Below, piece after piece: positions 1-15,000 of a DNA stretch of 64,000 nucleotides. Position numbers and translations under genes: made by a program. The notes beneath the pieces are model-generated. The model did no database searches, was not told where the DNA came from, and saw only the letters and a list, made by a program, of their open reading frames with translations. Each line of letters opens with the position of its first letter. The first letter of the stretch is position 1. The stretch spans positions 13,826,001-13,890,000 of the forward strand of contig CP075496.1 of NCBI GenBank assembly GCA_021613535.1, written 5' to 3'. The stretch is from Adineta vaga (taxonomy: Eukaryota > Animalia > Rotifera).

Positions 1-3000
1 GATATTTATTCATCTGCACCAAATCAAGCTCAAAAATTAGATGAAAGTGGAAAATATCATATGATTACTCAAGGTACTCGACATATTCTTATTATTCCAA
101 ATGCAACAGCCGAAGATAATGGAGAATATATTTGTCGAATACAAAATGCGATGACACGTGCACAAGTTCAAGTTACAAATGAAGATTTACAATTTATTCG
201 ACGTTTACCACAATCAATTGATGTTATTGGTGGACGAGATATTTTGATTGAATGTGAAATGAATAAAATGGATACACAAGCAATATGGAAAAAAGATAAT
301 GAAATCATTCGAGTAAGTTATCAAAAGAAAATAAGAAAATATTTCGAATTTGTATGTTTGTTTGTAGTATCCTCAAAAATTTCTTCCAATTTCTGAAAAT
401 AAAAAACATCGATTAATTATTAAAGATGCTAGTCCTGAAGATTCGGGTCTCTATACTGTTATTGTCAATGATCTTGAATCGACAACTTATGTTAATGTTA
501 CACCTGAACCATTATTAATCTTAAAACCTTTACAAGATCAACGTGTTCGTACAGGTGATACAATAACATTTACATGTGTTTGTTCTAAAACACCAAAAAA
601 TGTTCAATGGTATTTAAATGGTTATCCATTACCAATCAATGAACGTTATCAAACGAACTTAATCGATCGAGAAATACAATTAACAATAATCAATGTTCAA
701 GAATCGGATATTGGTACAATAACATGTTGTTTAAATAATACAATCACAACTGCCAATTTAACATTAGATGATAAAGATTCGACATTGAAATTTTTGAAAT
801 TTTTAGAAAATGATGATACAGGAAATCTTCAAGTTGATTCACCATTTATGTTAGAATGTCGAACTAATCGACCAACTTATCAAATACGATGGTTTAAAGA
901 TAATCGAGAAATTAGTCAATATGATCAAATTATGAAGACAATCTCCGATGGATGTACACATGTTCTTCAAGTTTCACGTGCTCAATTAGATCATACTGGA
1001 CAATATCGTTGTGTTGTTGCTGATCGTCTTGAAACAACATGTCATATAACAATTCGTGAACCAGATTATCGTTTTGTTCAACCATTACCATCGAATATAC
1101 AATTTTCTCCTCAAACGGATACATCTTTAACACTTGATGCTACATTAAATCGTAAACCAACACGTGTTCAATGGTTTAAAAATGGTCTGGAAATCTATCC
1201 ATCAAGAAAATATGAATTAGCTAATGAACATCATGTTGTTGCTTTAATTATTCATGATCTATCATCGGATGATCAAGGTTTATATCGTTGTAGTATAAGT
1301 AATGGTCAAACAGCAGGCGAATGTCAAGTATCAATGAATTTAATGAGTGAAAATGATCGTCGATTGATTAAACCATTACAAGATCAAAATATTTATGTTC
1401 ATGATACATGTACCTTAAGTGTACAATTTCAAGGTGATGCACCTGATGTCAAATGGTATAAAAATGGACAAGAAATATCTGTGAATAAGAAATATCGTTT
1501 ACTTCATCATGGAAATGAACAAACATTGATTATTGATGATTGTCAATTAACCCATGATCAAGCTTATTATAGTTTACGTTTAGCAACCAATCCTAAACTT
1601 GATTTAACATCATGTTATATTCAAGTTAAAGATAAATTTGTTAATATTACTAAACATCTTGAACCACAACGATGTATTCTTGGACAAGAACGACAAGTTC
1701 AATTTGATTGTGAAACAACACCAACAGATAAAAAACCGATATGGTATTTTAATAATCAACAGATTGATAATACAGCAAAATATGAAATAATCTCAACGGA
1801 TAATACTCATCATTTATTATTCATTCATCAACCTGAACTTTCCGATCAAGGTCAATATACAATTGCATTTCCGGAAAGTGATCAATCATCAACAGCAAAT
1901 CTTCAAGTTTTACAAACACCTTCAACATTAGAATTTATTCAACCACTTGAAGAAGTTTTCTTATGTGAAGAAGGTGATAATTTTGTTCTTGTTACACGTA
2001 CAAATAAACCAACACATGTTAGTTGGATGAAAAATGGATATAAATTATCATTGAAACCACGATTAGATTCTTTACCTACCAATGAACATCGTTTATCAAT
2101 TGAAAAAGCACAAAAATTAGAACATGACGGTATCTATACATGTATAATCGATGCAAATAATGTTGCAACACAATGTCAAGTAAAAATTCTCGAACGTGAA
2201 TTACAATTAATTCAATCTTTACCGAAACAAATTCGTTTAAATGAACATGATACATTAACATTAATTTGTGAAACGAATCGTAAACCAAAGAAAGTTCAAT
2301 GGTTTAAAGATCAATCAAATAGTCCACTTGAAACGAACAATTCTTTAATGATTATCAATGCTGATGAAACTTGTACATTGATTATCAATCATACGAATAA
2401 ATTCGATTCGGGAACATATACATGTCGATTAGAAGATCGATTGATAACAGTTTCGGATGTGAAAATTCAAGAATCATCTGCACAATTTTTAGATGGACCA
2501 CAATCGTATCTTGTTTGGAAACGACGAGAAGATGGACCTGTCGCAACAATAAGTTGTACATTAAATAAACCGAATGTTCCAGTGAAATGGTTTCGTGATA
2601 ATCAAGAAATTCAACCTGGTTATAATGATAAATATGAAATCATATCCGAAGGATCAATTCAATGTTTATTAATTCATGATGTTCAAAAAGAAGATTCAAG
2701 TAAATATGTGATTTCAATAGGACCAGCCTATCGTGCATGTCATCTCGAAGTTGTCGATGATACGGGTATGTCGACAGACGATGAAACTTCCGATCGACTT
2801 TTACAACCTTTATCATCACTTCAACGACAAGAAATTCTCGAAGGTGATTCCTTAACAATTGAAATCTCACCTGATCAAGGTGTACAAATTCAATCACCAA
2901 ATCAATTTCATTTATTTAAAAATAATCGTCCTGTAACAGATTTTTCACATATTAAATATGAACGTGATAATTCACTTCCGAATTCAAATCGTTGGGTTAT

Positions 3001-6000
3001 TCATTTAGTTGATGTTGATCTAACGGATTCTGGAGTTTATTCAATTGAAATTAATAATCAATCTCGACAAGATTTATTAGATTTATTTGTAAAGAAACGA
3101 CCAATTCAACGACAATTAATAACATTACCAAAAGATGAATTTTATTTACATGAAACAATTACATTAGAATGTAAATTTGAACGACCAATTAAAACAAAAA
3201 AATTACAACCTACTTGGTTTAAAAATGGTCGACCACTTCAATCATCAAATCGACATTTAATTAATATTGAAAGTCAAACAAAAGATGGACCAACAAAATA
3301 TTCGTTAACGATGAAAAATGTCGATTATACTGATGAAGGTATTTATGAATTACGTAGTGATTATTTAATCGTAGAAACGCCATTAATTCGTATAATTGAA
3401 CGACCTGTTCAACCGACTCCAGTTCGTACTGTTACGGAAGGTGATAGTCTTCAAGTTGATGTTAATATCGATCAAAATTCGTATGAACAAACATCTCCAG
3501 AAAATCTACTTGATCAAATCACAGTTTTAAAAGATAATCGTCCAATAATCAATAAACCCGAGATTCAAAAATGGTTCGATGGAAATCAATTCAAATTAGA
3601 ATTACGAAATCTTATTTTAAATGATCGTGGTTTATATGAAATTGATATTCAAGGACAACGAACACCAATTTGTTTACTTGATGTTAAAGAACGGCAAGCC
3701 GAAGTTTTTCTTCTTGAATTAGATCGAGATACATTTGAAGAAGGTGAAACAATTCGTTTAGCTTGCACATTTCCTCAACGTCCAGGACCAACATCAAATT
3801 GGTTTAAAGACAATCAATTACTTCGTTCAAATGAAAATGTTCAATTAATCGATGAAAATAATACATTAACAATTATTATTCGAAATGCTAAACGTTCGGA
3901 TTCAGGTGTTTATGAAGTTCGTATTGGTTCAATTATTGCTCGAGCACCAATGATTAATGTTATACCTAAACAACAACAACAACAACAACAAGTTGATATT
4001 CCCATTCAAAATGTTCGAGAAGGTGATACAGTAACATTATCTGTCGAAGGTTTACAATCAAATATTCGACCACAAGATATTCATCTTTTGAAAAATGGAC
4101 GACCGATTATGCCAACAGAGAAACCAAAAGTAAAGTTTCTCTTCTTTTTTTTCACAAATAATAAAATATTTTCTTTGTATTTTTTCTTAGGTATCGATTA
4201 AACGTGAAGATGATAAACTTCGTATTATCTTACAAACATTAGGTTTAGATGATTCAGCTTTATATAGTGTACAAATTCAAAATGATATACATCCATTAGC
4301 ACAAATTGAAGTTGAACAACGTCAACCGGAAATTCAAGAAATGCAATTAGAACAAGATACTTTCTTTATTGGAGATACAGTTACACTCGATTTAGAATTT
4401 ACAAATGAACCAATTGAACAACCACATTGGACAAAAGATAATAAGATTCTAAGAAATAATGAAAGAATATCAATTGAAAATGTTGGCAATCGTGTTACTT
4501 TAGTTGTCAAAGATTTACGTTTAGAAGATGCTGGTATGTTAAGAAAGAGTTTCTAATCATCGAATATATTTCCTTAATTGAACTTGTATTCTTTGTAATT
4601 CTAAGATTAAACTCGTTCTTTTTTGTTTCTTAGGTATCTATGAAGTTCAAAGTGGTCCATTAATCGTTCGTACACCTTTTATCAATGTTGTTGAACGTCC
4701 ACAAGAAATAACTGAAGTTGTTGATGAAACTATAACATATACAATCACACCAAATCTACCGGCTCAACCTGTTGATACTAAAGTTTGTACAATAAAAGAA
4801 GGTGATAATGTTACATTAAAAATTGCTTCTCAAACACCAATCAAAACTTCTGATGTTCAACTATTCAAAAATGGTCAACCCATTCCCATGGATAATGAAA
4901 CTCGTAAACATCTTCAAATTGAACAACAAGGAACTAAAGATGTTCGTTTAAATATAACTGATGCACGTTTAATTGATACAGGTGAATATAGTGCATTGAT
5001 TAATGGTAATTTTCAACCAATAATAACATTAAATGTTCAACCACGTGAAATGCATATACAAATGATAGATTTACCTCAAGATACATTTAATGAAAGTGAA
5101 ACATTAAAAATTGATTGTCAATTTCCTCAAGGAAATCTCAATAAAGATTATAAATGGTATAAAGATAATCAATTATTAACACCAAATAATCGAATTGAAA
5201 TTAAAAAAGATTCATTAAATGATTCATTAATCATTCATAATTTAAACTTAAACGATGCTGGTGTTTATGAATTAAAAAATTCGAATACAATCTTACGTAC
5301 ACCACCAATTAAAATACTTCCATTAGAACAAAAACCTAACCTTCAAGATTTACGTCCTCAAATTGGTTCGAAACTTGTTCATGAAGGTGATACAGTTACA
5401 TTTGAATTAACACCAAATTATGATGTATCTTTGAATAAAATCGAATTATTTCATGAAAATAATCCAATTACACATGAACCATTTGTTCATTTGAAAAAAG
5501 ATTATAAATCAAATGGAATAACTGTTCAACTTGAAGATATTAAATTAACTGATCAAGGTTTATATACAGCTGTTGTTCAAGGACAATCAGTACCATTAGC
5601 TGATTTAATTGTTGAACCACGACCAATTGTTATACAAAATATGGATTTACCAAAAGATGTTTTCTATACAGATGAACGTCTAGAATTGGAATGTGAATTT
5701 CCTCAAACACCGAAAGGTGAACAACCACAATGGTATAAAAACAATCAATTATTACGTTCAACATCGAATATTCGTATATTAACGGAAAATAATGGACGAA
5801 AACATTCATTAATTATTGAACATTTGAAACCAGAAGATATTGGACAATATGAATTACGTGTTAAAGGTTTAATTGTTCGAACACCATTGATACAAGTGAT
5901 TGAAAGAGAACAACCAACACCTTATTATGTTACAGAAGTCGAAGATGAACAAGATAAAACTCGACAACGACGAACAAGTCAAGTAATCATTGAAGATATT

Positions 6001-9000
6001 ACTGATCAACAAAATATTTCATGTAAATTTTCAATAGTCAATAAAAAAGAAAAATCTTTTCTCTATACTTTATTTGTTGTTTTAGATCGACCAAATTCTT
6101 ATGAAGATACTCAATATGTTCGTGAAGGTGATTCAATTCGATTAAAAGTTGTTAGTACACTTGATGTTAAACCTAATCAAGTTCATTTAATTCATAATGG
6201 TTTTCCTGTTGATATGCGTAAACGTCCATCAGTTAAAGTCGATCGTGTTTCACCAGGTACTTACGGTATTTCATTACTCAATGTTCATGTTGATGATTCT
6301 GGCCGATACGAATATCATATCGAAGGTTCCCCAACACCAAAACATTTAGTTACAATGTATGTTGAACCACGGCAAGTAAAAGAAAAAGTTCTTCATCTTC
6401 CTCAAACAACATTCAATATTGGTGAATCAATTCTATTTAAAATTGATTATGATGAACATGATAATATCAATGAAACACCGAAATGGTATCGAAATGAAAT
6501 GTTAATACCTATTGGTTCAAATCAACGACATAAACAAACAACTGATCAATCAAATCGTACACATACATTTGAAATTAATAATTTACAACCTGAAGATAGT
6601 GGATCCTATGAAATGCGTACATCACATTTAACAGTCAAAACACCGGAAATTAAAGTTATACCAAAACCAATGATAGAAGAAGTCGTTCAAGAACCTGTTA
6701 GTCGACAATCATCAATTACAATTGATATGAATAAACATAAAGAACAACCGGTCGAAGAATTTCTTCCCGTTGAAGAAAATATTCCTGTTCATGAAGTAAC
6801 CGAAGGTGATATGATGCATTTAACTGTCGAAAAACCTGCCAATGTTCCATTATCAAATATTAAAATCTTAAAAAATCATCAACCAATGATTCCATCAAAA
6901 AATCTTATCATTCAAGCAACATCACCAACATCGATCGATATTAAATTCTCACCAGTTGAATTAATTGATCAAGGTTATTATTCAATAAGCATTCGTGATC
7001 AAATTCAACCGATAATGCAATTAAATGTTCATGAAAAACCAGTTCAACGCCAAATCATGAATTTACCACAAGATACTTTTATGGAAAGTGAAACATTAAC
7101 AATCGAATGTAAATTTGATGTTAAACCAGATACACCATTTATTTGGACTAAAGATGGATCATATCTAATGAATGATTCACGAATTAATATCAAACAAAAA
7201 AATGAAGCATTTACTTTAATTATTAAAAATCTACAACCATCAGATCAAGGTGTTTATTCATTGGAAAGTAAATATTTAATTTTGGATACACCATTTATTA
7301 CTGTTTTACCAAAACCTGAACAACCAACAATTGAAATCGAAAATGAAGAAGTAACAATAACTATACAGGTAATGTTAAGGAAATGTGTGCATTATTTTTT
7401 TCATAGAGATTTTTCAATGTTTAATTTGTTTTAGCCAAATGTATCAGTTGTGAATACAAACGAACAAATTGAAGAAATTGTTATCACACAGCAACCAGCT
7501 GAACAAATTCAAGCACCAACAGCAAAAATTGAAACTGATGAAACAGTAACAACAACAACAACTGTGGAAGAACAACAGCAACCAACATTTCAAGCAAGTT
7601 CATCAGCAATTCAACCTGAAGTAAATTATTCAAGCATAAATTCATTGATTTTTTATAAAATTTTGCTAGGAAACAATTACAACAACGACAACAATTGTTG
7701 AAAAAACTCAACCACAACCAACAGTTTCAGTTCAAACTGAAGAAGAACAAACTGTTACAACATCGACCGAAGTAGAAGAACAACCAGCGTTACAAGTAAC
7801 AGCTGATGCATCATCAACTCAACCCAAAACAGAGGAAAAAGTAAGTGAGATTTATTTATTTTGCTGCGAGTTTTCGTCTTGTGTGTCGTACATACGAAAT
7901 CTATCGTTATCTAATATGCGCGAATCGAACAGACAATGGACACACGAAATAAATATTTATTTTAGTCAATTACAACAATCGAATCGAGCGAAATAAAAGA
8001 AGAAAGGTCAACTATTGAACAAGTATGTTTCTCTGCTAGAAAAATACCTATATGACCTTGCTTTTATAAAGAGATATACGCATGTCTCATATATCTAACG
8101 ATAAATGCGCATTTAAATTCCGAAGGAAATCTTTGAATCGATATTATCACTCAACATATAACGTATTTTTAGCCGTCTAAAACTATCGTAATTGAAACTA
8201 CTGTTGAGGAACAGCTACGTCAGGCTACGAAACCTCAAGATGTAAATGTTACAACAAAAACGGAAAGATCTGATGAACAGGTAAAGTTTCAAACCGCGAA
8301 AAACGTACAGATATCGAATTTACAAAACTATTTACAGACCACCGTCACAACGAATGTAACAAGTTCACAGGAATTTACAGAACAAAATCGAGCACCAGTC
8401 AACAAAACCTTTACTACACAAAATATTGTAGTAGAAAAACCTCAAGGACCAACAGCAGCGATTGAAGAAGTAATCACAGTACAGGAAACTATAGAAAAGA
8501 AACCTACACAAGATATTAAAGCTATTATTGAAGAAAAGAGTGTCGTTGAACAACAAACACCAGTGATGAGTGAAATCACTGAATGGAAACAAGAAATTCC
8601 CAAAGTTTCAGCTACAATTGACGAACAACTTGTTACTGTTGAACAACCTACAGTAAACTATGCTGTCAAAGAGGAAATTGTACCAACACCTGAAATAACT
8701 ACTACCACTAAATCGACTGAAACACTACCTATTGTCGAAGAAGTTACGACTGAAACGATCGTAATCGAACAGCCGAGAAAACCGACCACAACAATAGAAG
8801 AAGTAACAACCACCGAGGATGTTATTCAAAACGATATAAAACGATCAGTTGAAGAAATTACAGAACAAAAACCTACTCAAGAGATAATAACGACTGTTGT
8901 CGAACAACAAATACCAAACATAAAAGAACGTTCTGAAAAAGTAACTGAAACAGAAAAAGAAGTTCCCGAAGTATCCGCTACCGCTGAGCAACCAACAGTA

Positions 9001-12000
9001 GAGTATCATGTCAAAGAGGAAGTCGTACCGACACCTGAAACACCAGCAGCCGTGCAGGAAACTGTAGTCACTACTACTACCACCACCACCACTACTCAAG
9101 AGGCAGTCAAACCCTCTGAAACAACATCTATAATCGAAGATATAACTACTACGACAGAAGTTGTGACCAAGACACTGGAACAACCAACTAGAAATATCCA
9201 GGAGATCAAAACTACCCAAGAGATTGTTGAAGAAAAGAAAACTCCTAGCGTAAAACAACCCACGCAAACTATTACAACTATCGAAGAAACCACGACGATA
9301 GAAGAAGATACAAAACAGAAACCAACTGCTACCATAGAGGAGAGCACTACTACGGAAGAAATCATTGAAGCACAACCTAAAGCTCCTCGAGAAACGCCCT
9401 CGACCGTTGAATCGACTATAGAAACTAAACCTACCAAAGATATATCCCGTACAGTTGAAGAAGAAACTGTTACTGTAGAACAAATACCAGTTACAAAAGA
9501 GTTGACTGAGCAAGTAATAGTACCAAAAGAGAAACCTGCAGATATAACAGTGACAACAAAGGAAGAAACTGAAACTACAGAAGAACAGTTCACTGAACAA
9601 CCTGATACGAAAGAAATCGAAACTAAACCCGAAGTAACTACAAGTACGACAACTATTGAAGAAGTCGTTCAAGAAAAACCAAAACAACCAACTGCAACGA
9701 TCGAAGATATGCCAGCCAATGAAGAAATCATTGAAGCGAAACCAAAAGAGAAGCCTACAGAAATAACAGTGACAACAAAGGAAGAAATTGAAACTGTAGA
9801 AGAACAGTTCACTGAACAACCTGTAGTAGAACAATTTGTTACGAAACATATCGAAACTACACCCGAAGTAACCACAACCACAACAACTATTGAAGAAGTT
9901 GTTCAAGAAAAACCAATACAACCAACTGCAACGATCGAAGATACGACTACCAGTGAAGAAATCATTGAAGAACAACCTGAGGTTCCTCGACCAACGACGT
10001 CAACTGTTGAAGAAATTACAAGTGTTGAATCGACTATCGAAACTAAACCGACCAAAGACATATCTAATACAGTCGAAGAGCAGATCATCACTGAAGAAGT
10101 AACAAAAGCAAAAGAGAAATTTCAAAAACTTCCAGTGACCACAACGGAAGAAACTGAAACTGTAGAAGAACAGTTCACTGAACAGCCGAGCGTTGAAAAT
10201 GTTGTCGCGAAAAAGATCGAAACTACACCCGAAATAACTACAACTACGACAACTATTGAAGAAATTGTTCAAGAAAAACCAATACAACCAACTGCTACCA
10301 TAGAGGAAGTCACTACTACGGAAGAGATTATCCAAGAACAACCTAAAGCTCCTCGAGAAACGACCTCGACTGTTGAAGAAGTAACGACTGTTGAATCGAC
10401 TATAGAAACTAAACCTACCAAAGACATATCTCGTACAGTTGAAGAAGAAACTGTTACTGTAGAACAAATACCAGTCACGAAAAAGTTGCCTGAGCAGGTT
10501 ACGAAACCAGAAGAGAAGCATGAGGAAAGAACGGTGACAACAGAAGAAGAAACTGAAACCGTAGAAGAACAATTCACTGAACAACCTGTTATGAAACAAA
10601 TCGAAACTCAACCCGATATAACTATAAGTCCAATAACTATTCAAGAAGTTGTTCAAGAAAAATCAATACAACCAACGGCTACCGTAGAGGAGGTCACTAC
10701 TACTGAAGAAGTTATCGAAGAAACAATTGAATGATCAACTGATTGATGTAAAGAACAAATATTAACGGAAAGAAAATGCAAAGTAAATACCTGATATAAG
10801 TACAACTACCACAACAACCGAAGAAGTTTTTCAAGAAAAACCAAAACAATCAATTATTGCCGTAGAGGAGATAACTACTACGAAAGAAATTATCGAAGAT
10901 CAATCTGAGGTTCCTCGTCAAACGACCGTAACTGTTGAAGAAAGTATAGAAACTAAACCTACCAAAAACATATCTACTACAGTTGAAGAAGAAACTGTTA
11001 CTGTAGAACAAATACCAGTTACAAAAGAGTTGACTGAACAAGTAATAATACCAAAAGAGAAACCTGCAGATATAACAGTGACAACAAAGGAAGAAATTGA
11101 AACTACAGAAGAACAGTTCACTGAACGACCTGTTACGAAAGAAATCGAAACTGTACCCGAAGTAACAACAACTACGACAACAACTATTGAAGAAGTTGTT
11201 CAAGAAAAACCAAATCAACCAACTGCAACGATCGAAGATACGACGACCAGTGAAGAAATCATTGAAGAACAACCTGAGGTTCCTCGACAAACGACATCAA
11301 CTGTTGAAGAAATTACAACTGTTGAATCGACAATCGAAACTAAACCTACCAAAGACATATCTACTACAGTTGAAGAAGAAACTGTTACTGTAGAACAAAT
11401 ACCAGTTACAAAAGAGTTGACTGAGCAAGTAACGAAACCAAAAGAGAAGCCTACAGAAATAACAGTGACAACGAAGGAAGAAACTAAAACTGTAGAAGAA
11501 CAGTTCACTGAACAACCTGTCATAGACCAAGTTGTCACAAGAAATATCGAAAGTACACCCGAAGCAACTACGACAACTATTGGAGAAGTTGTTGAAGAAA
11601 AACCCAAACAACCAAGTGGAATTATTGAAGAGATCACGACAACAGAGGAGTCCGAAACGTCCACAACAAAACAGCCAACTACTACCATAGAGGAGATTAC
11701 TACTACGGAAGAAATTATCGAAGAACAACCGAAAGTTGCTCGTGAAACTACTTCAACTGTTGAAGAAATGGCAACCATTGAATCGATTGTAGAAACTACA
11801 CCCACCAAAGACATATCCAGTACAGTTGAAGAAGAAACTCTTACTGAAGAAGAAATACCAGTAGCAAAAGAGTTGTCTGAGCAATTAACGAAACCAAAAG
11901 AGAAGCCTGCAGATGTAACAGTGACAACAAAGAAAGAAATTGAAACTGTAGAAGAACAGTTCACTGAACAACCGGTTGCGAAAAAAATTGAAACTCAACC

Positions 12001-15000
12001 TGAAGTAACTACAAGTACGACAGCTATTGTAGAAGTTGCTCAAGAAAAACCAAAACAACCAACTGCAACGATGGAAGACATAATGACCAATGAAGAGATT
12101 ATCACAGAACAACCTAAAATTACTCGCGAAACAAGTTCAACTGTTGAAGAAGTAACACGTATTGAATCGACTGTAGAAACTAAACCCACCAAAGAAATAT
12201 CCAGTGGGGTTGAAGAAGATATTGTCACTGAAGAAGTGACGAAACTAGGAGATAAACCTGAAATGGTACCAGCAATGGCGAAGGAACAAAGTGAAATAGT
12301 AGAAGAACAATTGAATGATCAACTGATTGTAGAACAAGTTGTTACGAAAGAAATGCAAAGTAAACCTGATATAAGTACAACTACCACGACAACGAAAGAA
12401 GTTTTTCAAGAAAAACCAAAACAATCAATTGTTGCCGTAAAGGAGATAGCTAGCACGGAAGAAATTATCGAAGATCAATCTGAGGTTCCTCGTGAAACGA
12501 CCCTAACTGTTGAAGAAACTATGGAAACTAAACGCGCCAAAGAAATATCCCGTACAGTTGAAGAAGATACTCTTACTGAAGAAGAAGTACCAGTTACAAA
12601 AGAGTTGCCTGATCAGATAACGAAGCCGGAAGAGAAGCCTGCAGAAATAACAATGACAACGCTGAAAGATACTGAAACTGTAGAAGAACAGTTCACTGAA
12701 CAACCTGTAGTAGAAGAATTTGTTACGAAATATATCGAAACTACACCCGAAGTAACCACAACTACAACAATTATTGAAGAAATTGTTCAAGAAAAACCCA
12801 AACTAAAAAGTGAAATTATTGAAGAGAGCACGACAACAGAGGAGTACGAAACTTCCACAACAAAACAGCCAACTACTACCATAGAGGAGATTACTACTAA
12901 GGAAGAAATTATCGAAGAACAACCGAAAGTTGCTCGTGAAACTACTTCAACTGTTGAAAAAGTTACTGAGACTAAACCTATTCAAGAAGTAACTACTACG
13001 ATTGTAGGAGAGAGTATTGTTGAGGAACTGACACCATTAACAATGAATGAACAAATTGAAACTGCGACACAACCAATCGTTGAGTCCACTAAAATTACTC
13101 CTGTAGTGGAAGAAACGGTCACTACTACTTTGACAGATCTTGCTCAAGAACAGCCCGAAACTCTCGCAGAAGTGACTAGTATGGTGGTATCTGTTGAAGA
13201 ACAGAAGGTACCAGTGAAGGATCAACCTAAACTTGAAACAGATACTAGTTCTTCTACTGAAGAAATAATATCCACAGAATCGAAAACCGTTGAAGAGAAG
13301 ATTGTCTCTGAAGTACCTGTATCGACATTGGAAGAAGAAGAAGTTGAAACTATCGATGAACAATCAAAACCTGCTGAAAAATCGACGGTAAAGAAAACGA
13401 TCACCGAGGAAGAAATAGTCAAAAATGAAACAATACCAATTGTCGAAGAGATTACAACTATTCAAGACGTTGTAGAAGATAAACAAAAACCATCAACAGT
13501 CATCATTGAAGAGATAACTACAACAGAAGACATCAGTAGAAAAGATATAGGTCCTGGCGAAGAGCAATCAAAACATTCTTTTACAACAACAACAAGAACA
13601 ACAACTACGAATATTGAAGAGGTTGTAAAACATGACGTTACACAAATACCCACTTCGATTGAAGAAGAAACTGAAATTGTTGAACAGACAATAATAGAAG
13701 AAAAACCGACAGAAAATAAACCGATCTCAAGAGTCGAAGAAACGACTGAAACAGTTACAGAAGAGATAATCGAAGATCAACCTACAGAAACTACAACAGT
13801 CGAAACGATAGTGGTTGAAGAACAGTTTGTTCCTAAAGAAGAAGAAAAATCAATCGTTCAAAAAGAAATCATTAGTATCGAACAAGACCAAGTAAGCGCG
13901 ATACATGCTGCTGCTAATAGAAAGCATTGCAGCACCAAAAACGCTTTCAGATCGATCTAGCGATATAGCTTTCTAGGCGCGATTACGCTTATAGCCCTAT
14001 ACCTACTACGCTCGCTTTAACGAGCTTCATAGTTATTTTTCTCTTTTGCATGATATGTCGAATATCATCGATATAAATTTAAACGTATTATTTTAGCAAC
14101 CGAAACCATCCGAAGTACCTGTACATCGAGTCGACGAAAATAGTAATGTAATACTTACAGTTGACACACCGGTCGGTAAAAATATTGTAATTCTAAAAGA
14201 CGGTATTCATGTAACTGAATCCGATCATATTCATATCAAACCACTTTCGTCAACGACAACACAAATCGAAATTATCAAAGCTAAACCGCAAGATGAAGGA
14301 GAATATACGATTGTTGTTGATGAACAAGAACAACCATTAATAAATCTCGAAGTTACGCCAAAACCAGTTGTTCGACAAGAAATGCAACTACCGAAAACCA
14401 AATTCAATGAAAAAGAAACACTAACCATCGTCTGCCAATTTGATGCTGCACCCGAAGAAGCATTCATCTTCCTTCATAATGATCAACCCATTGTTCCTGA
14501 TTCACGTGTCACAACTACTATAGAAGATAACAAATACACTATAGTAGTCAAAGATCTTCGCCCAGAAGAGGACGAAGGTGTCTACACATTGAAATCAGAT
14601 CATTTGATTCTTGACACACCTGCAATAAGTGTCGTACCTGAAGAAAAGAAGCCCGAAGAAACAGAAATAACAACAGTTCAACAAGAGAAAGAAATTATTA
14701 CAGTGACGTCAGAAGAGCAACAACAACCACAACCAGAAGTGGTCAAAGTAGAGGTAAGTGGGGTTTTATTGCGAATAAAACACATCGTGTGTTTCTCATT
14801 TACACCTCGACAAATTTCGTTTGTTCATAGACGTCAACAACAGATGTTGAAATGCCTGTTCATGAGGTCGAAGAAACGAGTACAGTTACGCTCACAATCG
14901 AAAAACCTCAAGGAACAACAACAAAAGATGTTGTTCTTCTCAAAAATGGACAAGAACTCAAACCATCCGATCATGTCAAAGTCACATCAACATCACCAAC

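Noticed and set aside
8365-13653. Many long minus-strand ORFs rich in F/C/S/V (e.g. 8845-9975, 11215-11964)
   Set aside because: Antisense shadows of the low-complexity E/T-rich exon, whose GAA/ACA codons give few reverse-strand stops
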